NCBI GenBank assembly: GCA_964016885.1
Contig: OZ024742.1
Span: 61,132,001-61,196,000, forward strand
DNA: 64,000 nucleotides
DNA from: Eledone cirrhosa
Taxonomy: Eukaryota
Direction of reading: 5' to 3'
Numbering within the stretch: the first letter of the stretch is position 1; each line of letters opens with the position of its first letter. The position numbers and the translations under genes were made by a program. Shown piece after piece: positions 1 to 12,190 of this stretch. A model generated the notes under the pieces. It did not search any database, had not been told where the DNA came from, and worked only from the letters and a program-made list of their open reading frames with translations.

Positions 1-46
1 AATAAAATATATTTAAAATACATTTGTGGCAGGCACAATGCTATTA

Positions 47-195
<149 letters not shown>

Positions 196-616
196 CACAC
201 AGATGCAACATGAATAAAATGTTAATGTACTAACATTATTAAAAAGGCTCGAAGAAACGAGACATATTCATATCACCTAGTATGTACTATATACCTTAAT
301 TTGAAAACAAAGTTGCTGAAGGAAAGTGAGTGCATTTAAATAATATGATTTTCATTGGTATAACAGTCAAACACACAGTCAAACACACACATATATTTAT
401 ATGCATATATATATTAATATGTATTTATATATATATACACATAAATAAATATAGTACAAATAAGTGTTTTTATATATATGTTTATATTTCGTATTACCTG
501 TTGCAGAGCAAAGTTCTACCTGCAGGAAAAATGAATATATATATTTATACATTTCAGTGTTTGTAAAGATCGCTTGTCCTTACTTTACAGGTTTTTAGTG
601 GTTTTCATATTGAATT

Positions 617-666
<50 letters not shown>

Positions 667-789
667 CATTCATACACATTTTAACGGTGAACAAAAGAAA
701 ACCACATACTTCATCGTGTAGTCTAAAAGTAGGAATTCGCAAAATTTCAAGTGATAGCCCAGTGGAAAACCACCTAAAGAGGGCAAGTT

Positions 790-2550
790 TTAAAAGGAGA
801 CCGATTGATTATTAGAAAAGAGATGACAGATGTAAAGACGTAGGAGAGACAACCAGAATGTTGTGTACTCTGAAATCTGCAAGGCCACCAAACATCACAT
901 GAAGGAGCGGCAGTTGAAAGCCCAGGAACAGAATAGAGGAATGAATTCAATCAAAAGGAAGCAGTGTTTAGGCAAAGATAACATCATCAGATTGTTGAAA
1001 AAGAACGGCAGACTCATCTTTGATGCAAACAAACTTATAAATGCTGGGAGAAATTTTACAGCAAGCTATATAGGACAAGATGGTCCCAGAGCCGCCAACC
1101 ATGCTCCAGAACAAAACTCTCAACAACAACTACTCGCCCTTCTATTATTCCATCCGAGACAAGAACGAGCATTAAAGGATTAAAGAGAGAAAAGGCACCA
1201 AGCAAAGACAAGCATAACAATTATTCTCCAGGATAATCGAGAACCCATTGTCATGGTACTCAACAAGCTCACTAGCGGGTGTTTAGAAAAATGCTGTGTT
1301 CCTCGCAGCTGGAAGAATACTATTATCTTAATCCACAAAAAAAGAAGATAATGTAGACCTCAGAAAGGTGTTTTTATATATCCTACACAGGAGGATGTTC
1401 GGTACATTAGAGCTGCGCAAATCAAGAGCAAGAGGATTCAGGTCAGGATTCTCAACAATATACCACATCCAGTTAGTTAGTCAACTATAAGAGAAGGTAA
1501 ACGAATACGCCTTCCCTCTATGCTTCGTCTTTGTCGACTAAGAAAAGACATTTGATGCCATCGAGATCAGTTTACAGCTTCGAGAAGCAAGGCGTGGTCC
1601 CTGCTTACATCACACTTCTAAAGGATCATTACAATGGCGCTACATCCGCTCTCAGAGAAGCGAGACAAAGAAACCACATTTCCACGACATTGTATACATC
1701 TTGTTTACAAGACGCCATCGTCAATATTGTCAACTGAGAGAACAAGTGTATCAACATGGATGATGAACTCTTCTGTCAACTAGACTTCGAAGATGATATC
1801 ATCCTAATAACCCATGCACAACAGGATTTGGAGGAGACTCTCAATGTCTTCTACGCCCTTAGCCAACAAGTGGGCCTTAACAAGCATCTTAAGAAAGCCA
1901 AGGTCATGTTTAACAGCCACACTAAACCGTAAGTAGTTATTGTAGGTAGAAAGGCCATTGAGGAAATAGTCAGTGATGTATACCTCGGAAAAAAAGTTTG
2001 CAAGAGATGATGGCCTAATTCCAGGGGTCAAACGAAGGAGTGTGCTAGGCTGAGCCGCCTTTTGAAAACTTCATACTATCATTAGAAGTGCCACGTCAAC
2101 AATCGAAACCAAGAGAAAATTGTTGAATATGTTCTGCCGGTGGTGAATTTCGGAAGTGAGACATGAGCACTGTACACCACCCCTGCAGAGACTGTTGCAG
2201 TGGTCAAGCGCCAAATGAAGTGAATTATGCTCGACCTCAACTTACGTGACAGGAAAAGTAACACCTGAATTTGACAGTAGACTGGAGTGAAGGACATAGT
2301 CGAAACCGCCAAGAAGGAGAAATATAAGTGGGCTAACCATGCTCCCGTCTCAGAGACAACAGGTGGATAATTAAAGTGACAGAGTGGACACCAATGCAGT
2401 GGAGAAGAACAGGAGGGCGGCCAAAGGCAAATGCGAGGACGTGTCCCGATAACTCGACCCCACATGGTCTAGTATGGCATTCGAGATCAACCAGATAATC
2501 AACCAGGGCTGGATTCCTCCAACAAGAGTGAGAATGCCCTGGATTTGAGC
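790..2550 (+). mobile_element. Decayed RTE-clade LINE (RT and C-terminal region)
   Basis: Frame-broken translation with RTE-like motifs: GFRSGFSTIYHIQ, EKVNEYAFPLCFVFVD*EKTFDAI, QLDFEDDIILI (degenerate LRFADD), KYKWANH..NRWIIKVTEWTP; many stops and frameshifts. Confidence 0.8.
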
Positions 2551-2995
2551 CAAATCTATCTCATATATTTATGTGTATGCATGTGTGTTTTTGTCTGTGT
2601 GTATGGGTATGTGTGTTTGTATGTGTGTGCATGAGAGTGTCTGTGTGTATGTGCGTGAGCGTGTGTGTCTGTGTAGCGTAATGATACTCTAAGACCGGAT
2701 TTATAACTGGATTTTATCATAAAAAGGTATATATTAGATAGACTGCTTGAATTTATGTAGTATAACTTTGGAGTAATTTCCATCATAGCTTCGGATCACG
2801 TTATTACACTCTATAATTGCGCTTGCTCCCACTATATGCAAAATTAACTTGCCAAAAGTTTTAAGAGATAAGTATTAAAATATGTGCATATATAATAACT
2901 TCTGCGTAGCTAGTCGGGTTTATATTACTACTGAAGTGCAAACTGTTTGTTATATGTCAATAGATCTATTTAATAATCTAAGTATATATCTATGT

Positions 2996-3137
<142 letters not shown>

Positions 3138-3535
3138 CGAGGGGGGTATATATCAATACATTTGATGCAGCACTATGTAAGATGATAATATTTTCTCTTA
3201 ATATAACGGCATTTACTGCAGTACTGCATAGAGTACAGTTAACGTACGAGTAATATTTATATATATATATAAACGGAAAAAATGAAACGAAATTTCATTT
3301 CCCACTCTTAGTACGGTTGTTACTTAAATATAAATATGTACACGTACATACATATATGTATACAGACGTACAGTAGTATGTATATATATATACATACATG
3401 CATATATATATATATGTACGTATGGATTCACCGAACATTTATTGTAATGCTCGGTGTGTTTGTAAACAAACATCCCGTATTAAGCAGTGGTGTCTAGCAA
3501 CCATAGTTGCTCGTTTGTTCAACACTGACAAAGGA

Positions 3536-3578
3536 ACGCTGTACTAGTTTCAAGCTTATTGGCTATCGTCAGCAACGT
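3536..3578 (-). ncRNA. Minimal type I hammerhead ribozyme
   Basis: Minus strand reads ACGTTG-CTGACGA-TAGC-CAATAA-GCTT-GAAA-CTAG-TA-CAGCGT: stem I ACGTTG/CAGCGT, intact CUGANGA and GAAA..UH core, palindromic stem III (ACTAGT); stem II opens with a U-U mismatch. Confidence 0.8.
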
Positions 3579-4021
3579 ATACCTTCCTGCCAGATTGTTG
3601 AACGTATATACTTACCTTATGCATATTAACGGCTGAATAGCCCAATTTGCATATCGAGTGGGTTAATCAGCCGGGTGCACCGAAAAGGATAAACGGAAAA
3701 AATGAAACAAAATTTCATTTACCACTCTTAGTACATTTTAATAAATGTTCGGTGAATCCATACGTACATATATATATGTGTGCATGTATGTATTTATACA
3801 TACTACTGTACGTCTGTATACATATATGTATGTACGTGTACATACTTATATTTAAGTAACAGCCGTACTAAGAGTGGGAAATGAAATTTCGTTTCATTTT
3901 TTTTCGTTTATCGTTTTCGGTGCACCCGGCCGATTAACCCACTCGATATGCAAATTGGGCTACTCAGCCGTTAATATGCATAAGGTAAGTATATACGTTC
4001 AACAATCTGGCAGGAAGGTAT

Positions 4022-4064
4022 ACGTTGCTGACGATAGCCAATAAACTTGAAACTAGTACAGCGT
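4022..4064 (+). ncRNA. Minimal type I hammerhead ribozyme
   Basis: ACGTTG-CTGACGA-TAGC-CAATAA-ACTT-GAAA-CTAG-TA-CAGCGT; one substitution weakens stem II. Confidence 0.72.
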
Positions 4065-4443
4065 TCCTTTGTCAGTGTTGAATAAACGAGCAACGATGGT
4101 TGCTAGACACTACGGCTTAATACGGGCTGTTTGTTTACAAACACACCGAGCATTATAATAAATGTTCGGTGAATCCATACGTACATATGTATATGTGTCC
4201 ATGTATGTATATATATATATACATACTACTGTACGTCTGTATACATATATGTATGTACGTGTACATACTTATATTTAAGTAACAGCCGTACTAAGAGTGG
4301 GAAATTAAATTTCGTTACATTTTTTCCGTTTATCGTTTTCGGTGTACCCGGCCGATTAACCCACTCGATATGCAAATTGGGCTTCTCAACCGTTAATATG
4401 CATAAGGTAAGTATATACATTCAACAATCTGGCAGGAAGGTAT

Positions 4444-4486
4444 ACGTTGCTGACGATAGCCAATAAGCTTGAAACTAGTACATCGT
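4444..4486 (+). ncRNA. Minimal type I hammerhead ribozyme
   Basis: ACGTTG-CTGACGA-TAGC-CAATAA-GCTT-GAAA-CTAG-TA-CATCGT; 422 bp downstream of the previous copy; one mismatch in stem I. Confidence 0.75.
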
Positions 4487-4693
4487 TCCTTTGTCAGTGT
4501 TGAACAAACGAGCAACGATGGTTGCTAGACACTACGGCTTAATACGGGATGTTTGTTTACAAACGCACCGAGCTTTATAATAAATGTTCGGTGAATGCAT
4601 ACGTACATATATATATATGTGTGCATGTATGTATATATATATGCATACTACTGTACGTCTGTATGCATATATATATATATGTACGTGTACATA

Positions 4694-4731
<38 letters not shown>

Positions 4732-5051
4732 CATATATATGTGGGGGGGGGGGGGGGCTGTGCATGTGTGTGTTTGTTAAAATTAGAAGCATTTCATTTT
4801 TACAACAAAACTTTTGAATTCAAAAGTAACACGTAATTGAATTGAAATCGAATGTGATGACTGATAAACTATCGGGGGAATTTACACAACTGTTAGTCTT
4901 AATGAAAATAGAGAATGAATATATCATGAAAAATAATTTTACATATATATATATATATATATATATGAATATATATATATATATATATATACATATTTAT
5001 ATATGTATATATATACATATATATGTATGTGCATGTGTGTGTGTATGCATG

Positions 5052-5103
<52 letters not shown>

Positions 5104-6594
5104 AATAAATGAAACAAAAGAAAACACAGACAGCAGTTCGATGTGTCATTGTGTGTGTGTGGGGGGGGGGGGGTTCCTTGAAGCGTAAACCTAATATAAA
5201 TGTACTTTTGCATTCCTATGTTTGTTTTATTCCTTTATCAACTGTATATAAATGAAGAAATATATCAAGAAACCATATAATGGCTTAGACGGGCAACAAT
5301 TACTTTCTGAAAACGAATAGCATTTCTTAAAATGATGAGCAAGCTACATTTTTCAATAAATATTATGTCAAATATATTTCATTGCAAAATGTTTGGCTGA
5401 CAGACACGCAATTGTATTGGTGTCGTTATTTGCATGTGTGTATGTCTGGATGCTTAATTGTATGAATATGTGTCTGTTGATCCTAGAGACTGAACAAATA
5501 TATTTTTTGAAATATATATCTTCATACATATAATCATACATGATAGATTACATATATACATACTTATACATATACACATATATATATATTTATATTCTAT
5601 ATATTTTCATATATATAATGAGTTGATTCCCAATTGCTATGGGGGTGACGAATACAGTTATAACGTGTACTCTATATATTGTTAACAAATAGGTATCTTT
5701 ATTTTATATAGAAATGACTAAAACTGCTTTATTCGAATGAAACATATGTTATTCATTCAGAAACACACTCATACACAATATTATGTGAGTATGTGAACGT
5801 TTATCTATGTTTTTTTTTTAAATATCTTTGATATCGGCATGTATAATTGTAAGTGCATGTTTTGTGTGGCATTTATTTAAAATGTTTGATAACAAAATAA
5901 ATAATGTCTGTTCTTCTCTCATCTTGGGAATTTCATTCAAAAAGACGTCATAACTGTACATTTGTTTATGAGTATACATTATTTACTCCCGTATAAACTT
6001 CTGTTTCTATTACCACCATTAAATACGCATATTTATTTGCTTAAATGAAGTTTAAATAACAGATGCATTAGAAAATATATTTTATGGAGTCTATTAGCTT
6101 GGATATTTTATACTATCTATTTTGGAACTTTTAATGTTATATATTTTAGAGGGGAATATACATGGTTGTCGTCTGCTCCCTTCATGATCCATAAGGCTAT
6201 ACAAATGATACACTGAGTTCAATTAAATCAATAATATCCTTGCTCTAAATCATGCTGAATCTCTCCTTACTGCACAGAAACATATATGTGGCTACAACAA
6301 CTATATATTTAAATTAATGTTTTAAGCTTTATATGTCGTTAGAACATTACATGGAATGCCTTGAGGCAAGTTTTCTGAATGTCTTCATTGTGAATTCAAT
6401 TGCTGCCAATGTCAAATTAGATCAATTTTAATTTCAGATTCAATAAATAAAATACAAATCTATTCAGGCGAGAATTTAAATAAAAGTTATGTCTGTATAT
6501 ATTGAGTAACTGCGACTGCGTAAATACATATATTCACATATATACACATGTATGCAATTTCGTTTACCTCTCTTATGTATTTATTTCTATCAAA

Positions 6595-6780
6595 AGTTGA
6601 AGTCTGCCTCAAGCCCAAAGGCTCATCAGGCCGGTACATTCCCGGTTTGCGTGGCCTGAAGCGACTGAGACTACAGTCTTCCCCTGGACAAGACGCCCGT
6701 CCATTGGAGGGTTAACCATCCATCTATTGCTGGTACTAATTTTCAGCTGAGTATACTGGAGCAACGTAATGAGATATTTC
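6595..6780 (-). mobile_element. SINE fragment (Nin/Deu-domain-like)
   Basis: Contains GGCTCATCAGGCCGG..CCCCTGGAC..GCTGGTAC..CAGCTGAGT..ACTGGAGCAAC, which I recognise as an invertebrate SINE body; the CAGCTGAGT..ACTGGAGCAA block recurs at ~15990 and ~50935. Confidence 0.55.
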
Positions 6781-7944
6781 TTTACATCGTCTCCCGCATT
6801 CGCCTTCTCTCATTCTCTCTCTCACTATCACACACTCCCTCTCCTTTCTCTCTCTCTCTCGTTCTTTATATATATATATATAATAGAAAGAATCAATAAG
6901 AAAAATAATAATAATGTGTGTGTATATTTGTGTGTTTGTGAAAGTTTATGCTTGTGTATATGATGGGGTTCCAAAGAGTTTTGTCATCTACGTTATACTC
7001 CCAAATCTTTTGTTGAAATTTTGGCGGTTACTATTAGAAGATGATTGCGTAAAATGCAATAGCGTAGAATCAAGCCGAGAATCACGTATTTGCAAACTAA
7101 TGATTGCTACAACATCGCTATATTGTTTTTTCTTAACTTGTACGATTTAGATTTGCTCTTTAAAATCATTAATTTAACGTTGCATCATGCTGACATTTTT
7201 GCCATCATGGTGTATGATGCAGAAAACACGTCAATCTGGCATAGACAGTTCTTCATCGGGATATTAAGTGCTGCCGGAAATTTGAAAGGCTTGTGACTAT
7301 GTCACGTAGAGCACCTCAAACAGGAAATGAAACCTGTGTATGAAAACCACTGCTGGCTGGTTGCTGGCAGCACACTTCAATACTTGAATAATTTGTTTCA
7401 TTAACCTCCTTGTCGAGCAATTTCTAAAGTCGCTGTCTTTTATTCATTATTTTCGTTTTTATTAAATTATGTAATACCTGGATTATGAATTTGATCTCAA
7501 GGCAAATCCTTTATGTGTCAGGTGGATAATATAACTGACAAAACACTATACTAAATATTACAGCAGGATAACCGCTTTCATAAGTAGCATAATCACAAAC
7601 ATCTGGTCAGATACATGTTTAGAAACTAAATGATACGACCGAATGTTGTAGTGAATTTGAAAATAGTACAGAGAAATCGAATGAATTTTCATGTAATATA
7701 TAGATTCTTTAAAAACTTGCTTATACTTGGTGTGGTGACAAGAGATACTGTTAAACATTAATAGGCACAAAACCTCATATGTGTCGATTATTTCGACACC
7801 TGTACAGGAGTGATATATTGTTTTGTTGGCCCCCGAAGCACGAAAGGCTACATCCCAGAAATTAACAGTATTATTCTCTAAAGATCTACTAACTGTTCAA
7901 ATCCAGGATCTGTAGAAAGAAGGGAAAAAACAATAATAATAATA

Positions 7945-9957
7945 CAATGGCAGACAGAAAGGGCTCAATTCAATAGACGGGGACAGTGGGGAACATAGGA
8001 AAACAAAACAATAAACAAGAAAAATACAACAATGAAAATTCCCCAATAGGGGGGATGACCACCCAATGTTGTCTCAGGTGCCCCACCAATCATGTACCAT
8101 CCGACTCTTCGAGGGCACTCGGGAAGGGCAGCCCTAACCTCCTCAAATTGACCAGCCTACAGACGCATGATCAGCCACATTCACCCACCTTTCAGCAATT
8201 GTACTGGAGGCACTTCTCTCCTCACCTTCCCTTCCGAGGGAAATTTGAAAAGGTTGATGAGGGATTTGCCGGAGAGAAAAGTGTCTGTCTTCAGTCCTTT
8301 CAACGTGGTCCACCATACAACTTCTTTCGCTACTGCCACCAGACAGAGGAAAATTGCATGCCCTTGTTGTCCAAAAGAAGGCGGCGGGTCGATCTTCACT
8401 ATGGACTCGGCCGATAGCCGGATCCGTTCTACACGCGACAACAGCTGTTCGACATAACTCCACAAGTGAGTAATGCAGAACGGTTTCGTCGCTCTGCGTG
8501 AATCTCGGGCAGGTCCGTCTGACAGCACTTCCATGCCTTTAGAGTTTATCTCGAACCGGCAGTCCCCCCCCCCCCCCCCGGTAGCACTGCTACTCCCACA
8601 CGATCCCACCGTGCGTCTAAGATGCCGTTCCAGTCCAACGCTAAGAGTAAAGTGTGAGACGTATACAGAAAGGCTTCCAGCTGTCTAAAGGTGTCGGGCC
8701 GTCTGGCCCCGGTAGAGACCTAGACGGCTACCAGTCTAAAGGCACCACCTTCGCTATTGTTCACGTCCAGGACCACCAACTTACCGTCCGGGTCCTAGAA
8801 GACCGACCTTACCGCGAGATTCAGGCCTTTCCTAAATAGCACGGCCGACTAACAGATGCGAAAATCTGTCCTGGTCTCACTGACAGCAATCATATCCATT
8901 TCTAGAGACTTGAGGTTGTTGAGCAGACGACCCTGCTTCCAGAACGACCCCAGGTCACAAACATTTAAACTTCCTACTCTTAATATGGCCATGTCGGCAG
9001 GCTAAATGAGAGAGCAAAGAATCTTCTGGAGGTTGGGTGGTTTAACCTGTACGGTTGGTGGAGTTTCTGTTGGGAACACCTTTAGGAGTCTACTCGTGGC
9101 TTTTACATTAGATGTTCCCCACGTAGTCAGGAAAGTTATCCCTAATATTTTTATAAGTTTGTATTAGCATCCGTACCAATCGCAGTGTGTGGGGCACTTG
9201 GAGGGCGCAGGTGTCAGAAATTGTTCCCCCTTTCTCAATGTTTTTACTTCGTGTTACAAGGGCCATAATTTGTTTGTTGGCCCTCCTTAGTAACACGAAG
9301 TTGGGTGTGTCTGTCGTTGTTGGTGTCTGCGTGTGTTTTATTTTGTTTGGGATGACTTGTGCTTGTGCCGGTGTTGTTGGCGGTTGTGGAGTTGGTGTGG
9401 GTGTGGGTGTGTCTGTATTTGCTGTGGGTGTGATTTGTATGCTTGTTGTTGTGTGGAGTTGGACTTTTCTTTTTCTTTTTGTGCTTTCTTTTGTTTTCTT
9501 TTTAGCATTTTGGGGTCCCCCATCATCTTCCCTCAGAGAAGTGGAGGAACTGGTGTCTGGTGACTCTGTGCTAGAGGGGGAGTGGGAATATGTTTACGGA
9601 TGCGTGCGTTTTATTCTGTGTGTATGTGTTTGAAATAGGGGGAGAGGGAGAGCATATTTGTGCAACAAGTTGGGTGGATTTATCCTTGTTGTTAATGGTG
9701 CTGTTTCTTTTTCTGTTGCTGCTGGTGTTGTCCTTTCTCCCGACACCGGTGTTGTCAGCAACGGAGGTTTGCGACACCCTGCAGTTTTCAATTGTTGGCA
9801 ATAGGCTCTCAGGCGTGTGCCTTCACCAAACACGAAACAAATTATCCGTTTGCCCTCCGTGACTACCTGGATTTCGTACCCGTCCGGTAGTTTGATGAGG
9901 TCCAGCATGTTTTTTATGTCTTCATGTCTGATTTCGAATCTTCAAACCAGTCCCGGA

Positions 9958-9989
<32 letters not shown>

Positions 9990-11196
9990 GTAAATTGAAC
10001 GTCGAGGAGGGTGCCAGGGACCTCTGCTGCCTTGCATCCCAGGAGCCACCATAAATCCAGTCCTGGTTGAATCCTGGAAACACGGACTCTTACTGTTTCT
10101 CCTCCCCATGTAAGACGGGTACACAATATTTGGTCTGAATGCTTTTATAGCAAGGGACACAGTTTTGAAAAGCACCAAGATGCTTCCAAATTGTCTAGCC
10201 ATTGTTTTATGGTCTATGTCATCATTATCGATGAATTTTAGTGCTGCCTCTACCTGTCCTTCGGAGGTATTCTCGGCTTTTGGAGATTTGACCGAAATGC
10301 ATCGATATTTTAGAGTTCTCCTCTCCTTTGTAGCCATTACCTTTGCCGGGACGTTTAAATTCTCATAGATTTCTCTCATGTTATACATTTTTCAGCCTTG
10401 GACCAAACGATCCTTTTTCTCTTTAAGGTCAAAATCGTACAGCGTTTGGCTTTTTGCTACTTTTTCCGCGAAAGTACTCCTTTTGGTGATGCTGTTGTTG
10501 TTGTTTTGTTGTTTTTCGTTGATTATATTGTTGTTGGTGTTGTTTTGCTGTTTGTTTTCGTTGACTATATTGCTGGTGGTGTTGTCATTCTTGGTGTTGT
10601 TGGTGTTGTCATTATTGCAGTTGTTGTTGGTATTGCTGTCGTTGTTCTTGTTGGTGTTGTCTCAGTTGCCGTTATTCTTGCTGCTGTTGTTGTTCTCGTT
10701 GTAGTTGTTGTTACTTTCTTGACTTCTTTCTTTGTTACTGTTGATGCTATCGTTATTCATGTTTTTGGTGGTGTTGTTCATTTCGTGGTTGTTTTTGTTG
10801 TCATTGTTTCTGTTGTCTGTGTTTTGGTTGTCGTTGTTTTTAACATTAGTGTTCTCATTGTTGCTGTTGCTGCTGTCGTTGTTCATGTTGTTTGTAGTGG
10901 TGTTGCTAAATTTGTTGTTGCTATATGTGTTTGTGGTATATACTTTTGTGTCTGTTGTGTCCCTCCTCTCAAGGTTTAAGCCCCGCTGTCACATGACAGC
11001 AGATTTGTATTTTTCAGAAAAAATGTTTATACAAAGTTCAAATATTTGGGACAATAGGTCCAAATATTAAAGCGTCTCTCCTTCGCAGGGCAAAAACGGA
11101 AGTTTACGACCCTTTTCCAAAAAATACAATTGAAAAAATCTTGAAATTCACTCCCTTGTGGAACTCACAAAAAACACGTCTTCACTGTCTGACAGC
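7945..11196 (-). mobile_element. Tx1/L1-clade LINE copy A, internally deleted and decayed
   Basis: Has 5'UTR, broken ORF1 (10388-9594 pieces), EN N-terminus and ORF2 C-terminus (KEVVWWTTLKGLK). Junction at 8590/8591 removes most of EN-RT. Bounded by (AAT)n at 7932-7944 and 11198-11251. Confidence 0.85.
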
Positions 11197-11197
11197 A

Positions 11198-11251
<54 letters not shown>

Positions 11252-12173
11252 TAGAGCCAATGCTCAAAGTTGTGCTGAAGGAGAAGACGATAGACCAGGG
11301 GATCTCCAAGGAGGAAATAACAAGGAGGAAGAGCAACCTTCATGAAAAATCCCTTCATAGCACCTTCTTTAAGAAAACGGAATTCAGAGATCCACAGACA
11401 TGGAACTGGTTAAAAAGAGGAGACCTTAAAAAAGTTACAGAAGGAATGCTAATGGCTGCGCAAGAGCAAGCCCTCAGAACGAAGTGGGTGAAACACCATA
11501 TTGACAAGGAGGGGGCTAGTTCACTGTATAGGTTCTGAGGAGAGAGAGGACACTGTGGCTCACATTGTATCCGAGTGTAAACACCTAGCCCAGAATCATT
11601 ATAAAGGCTGGAGACATGATATGCTAGGCAGGATGATCCACTGGCATCTATGCAAAGTAAACAATTTACCACATTCTGAGAAGTGGTATGAGCATAAGCC
11701 AGAGTCGGTGATAGAAAACGATTAGGTGAAGGTGCTATGGGATTTTAGGATACAGACGGACAAGAAATTAGAACAAAATAGGCCTGACCTGTTGGTTTTA
11801 GACAAGGAAAAAAGATCGTGTCTGATTGTAGATGTAGCCTGCTCATTTGACACGAGAGTGCAAGAAAAGGAGAAGGAGAAATTTAACCGATACCAGGATT
11901 TAAAGTGGGAGGTAAAAAGGATTTTGAACTGCCATGAAGTCAAGGTCGTCCCGATTGTCATATGCGCACTAGTTACTATCTCAAAGAGTTTCCAAGATGG
12001 TTAAAGAAAATTAGTAAAGCCCCGCTTTTTGGAACACTTCAAAAGGCATGCTTGCTGGGAACAGCAAGAACCCTTCGATATGTCCTGAATATCTGAGGCT
12101 GCAGGTAGGTGCTTGAAAATTCATTTCAACAAACTTTCCAGTTAAATAACATCCATGAGTGAGACTCAGAGAA
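11252..12173 (+). mobile_element. 5'-truncated R4/Dong-clade non-LTR retrotransposon (zinc finger and restriction-like endonuclease), pseudogenised
   Basis: EGMLMAAQEQALRT, TVAHIVSEC, RHD, VLWDFRIQTD..RPDL..IVDVAC..EKFNRY, QKACLLGTA; (AAT)n on both sides. Confidence 0.9.
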
Positions 12174-12190
12174 CAATAATAATAATAATA

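Larger units (their letters stand above)
3268..4700. mobile_element. ~422-bp repeat array (about 1.1 inverted plus 2.3 direct units), each full unit carrying a minimal hammerhead; retrozyme/PLE-derived non-autonomous element
   Basis: AATAAATGTTCGGTGAAT recurs at ~3740, ~4157 and ~4579; 3268-3735 is the reverse complement of the unit; flanked by (TA)n. Confidence 0.85.

Noticed and set aside
5610-5680. Possible hammerhead (ATAATGA-stem-GAAT..TGTAC)
   Set aside because: Several core positions deviate and stem I is only TA repeat; not supportable.
6955-7500. Possible mariner-like DNA transposon relic
   Set aside because: I could not identify paired TIRs or a DDD/E motif.
9187-11070. Hydrophobic V/L-rich ORFs resembling membrane proteins (also at 16.1-16.7, 19.2-19.9, 25.4-26.1 and 31.9-33.8 kb)
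   Set aside because: They are antisense readings of the AAC/ACC-rich low-complexity parts of LINE ORF1.
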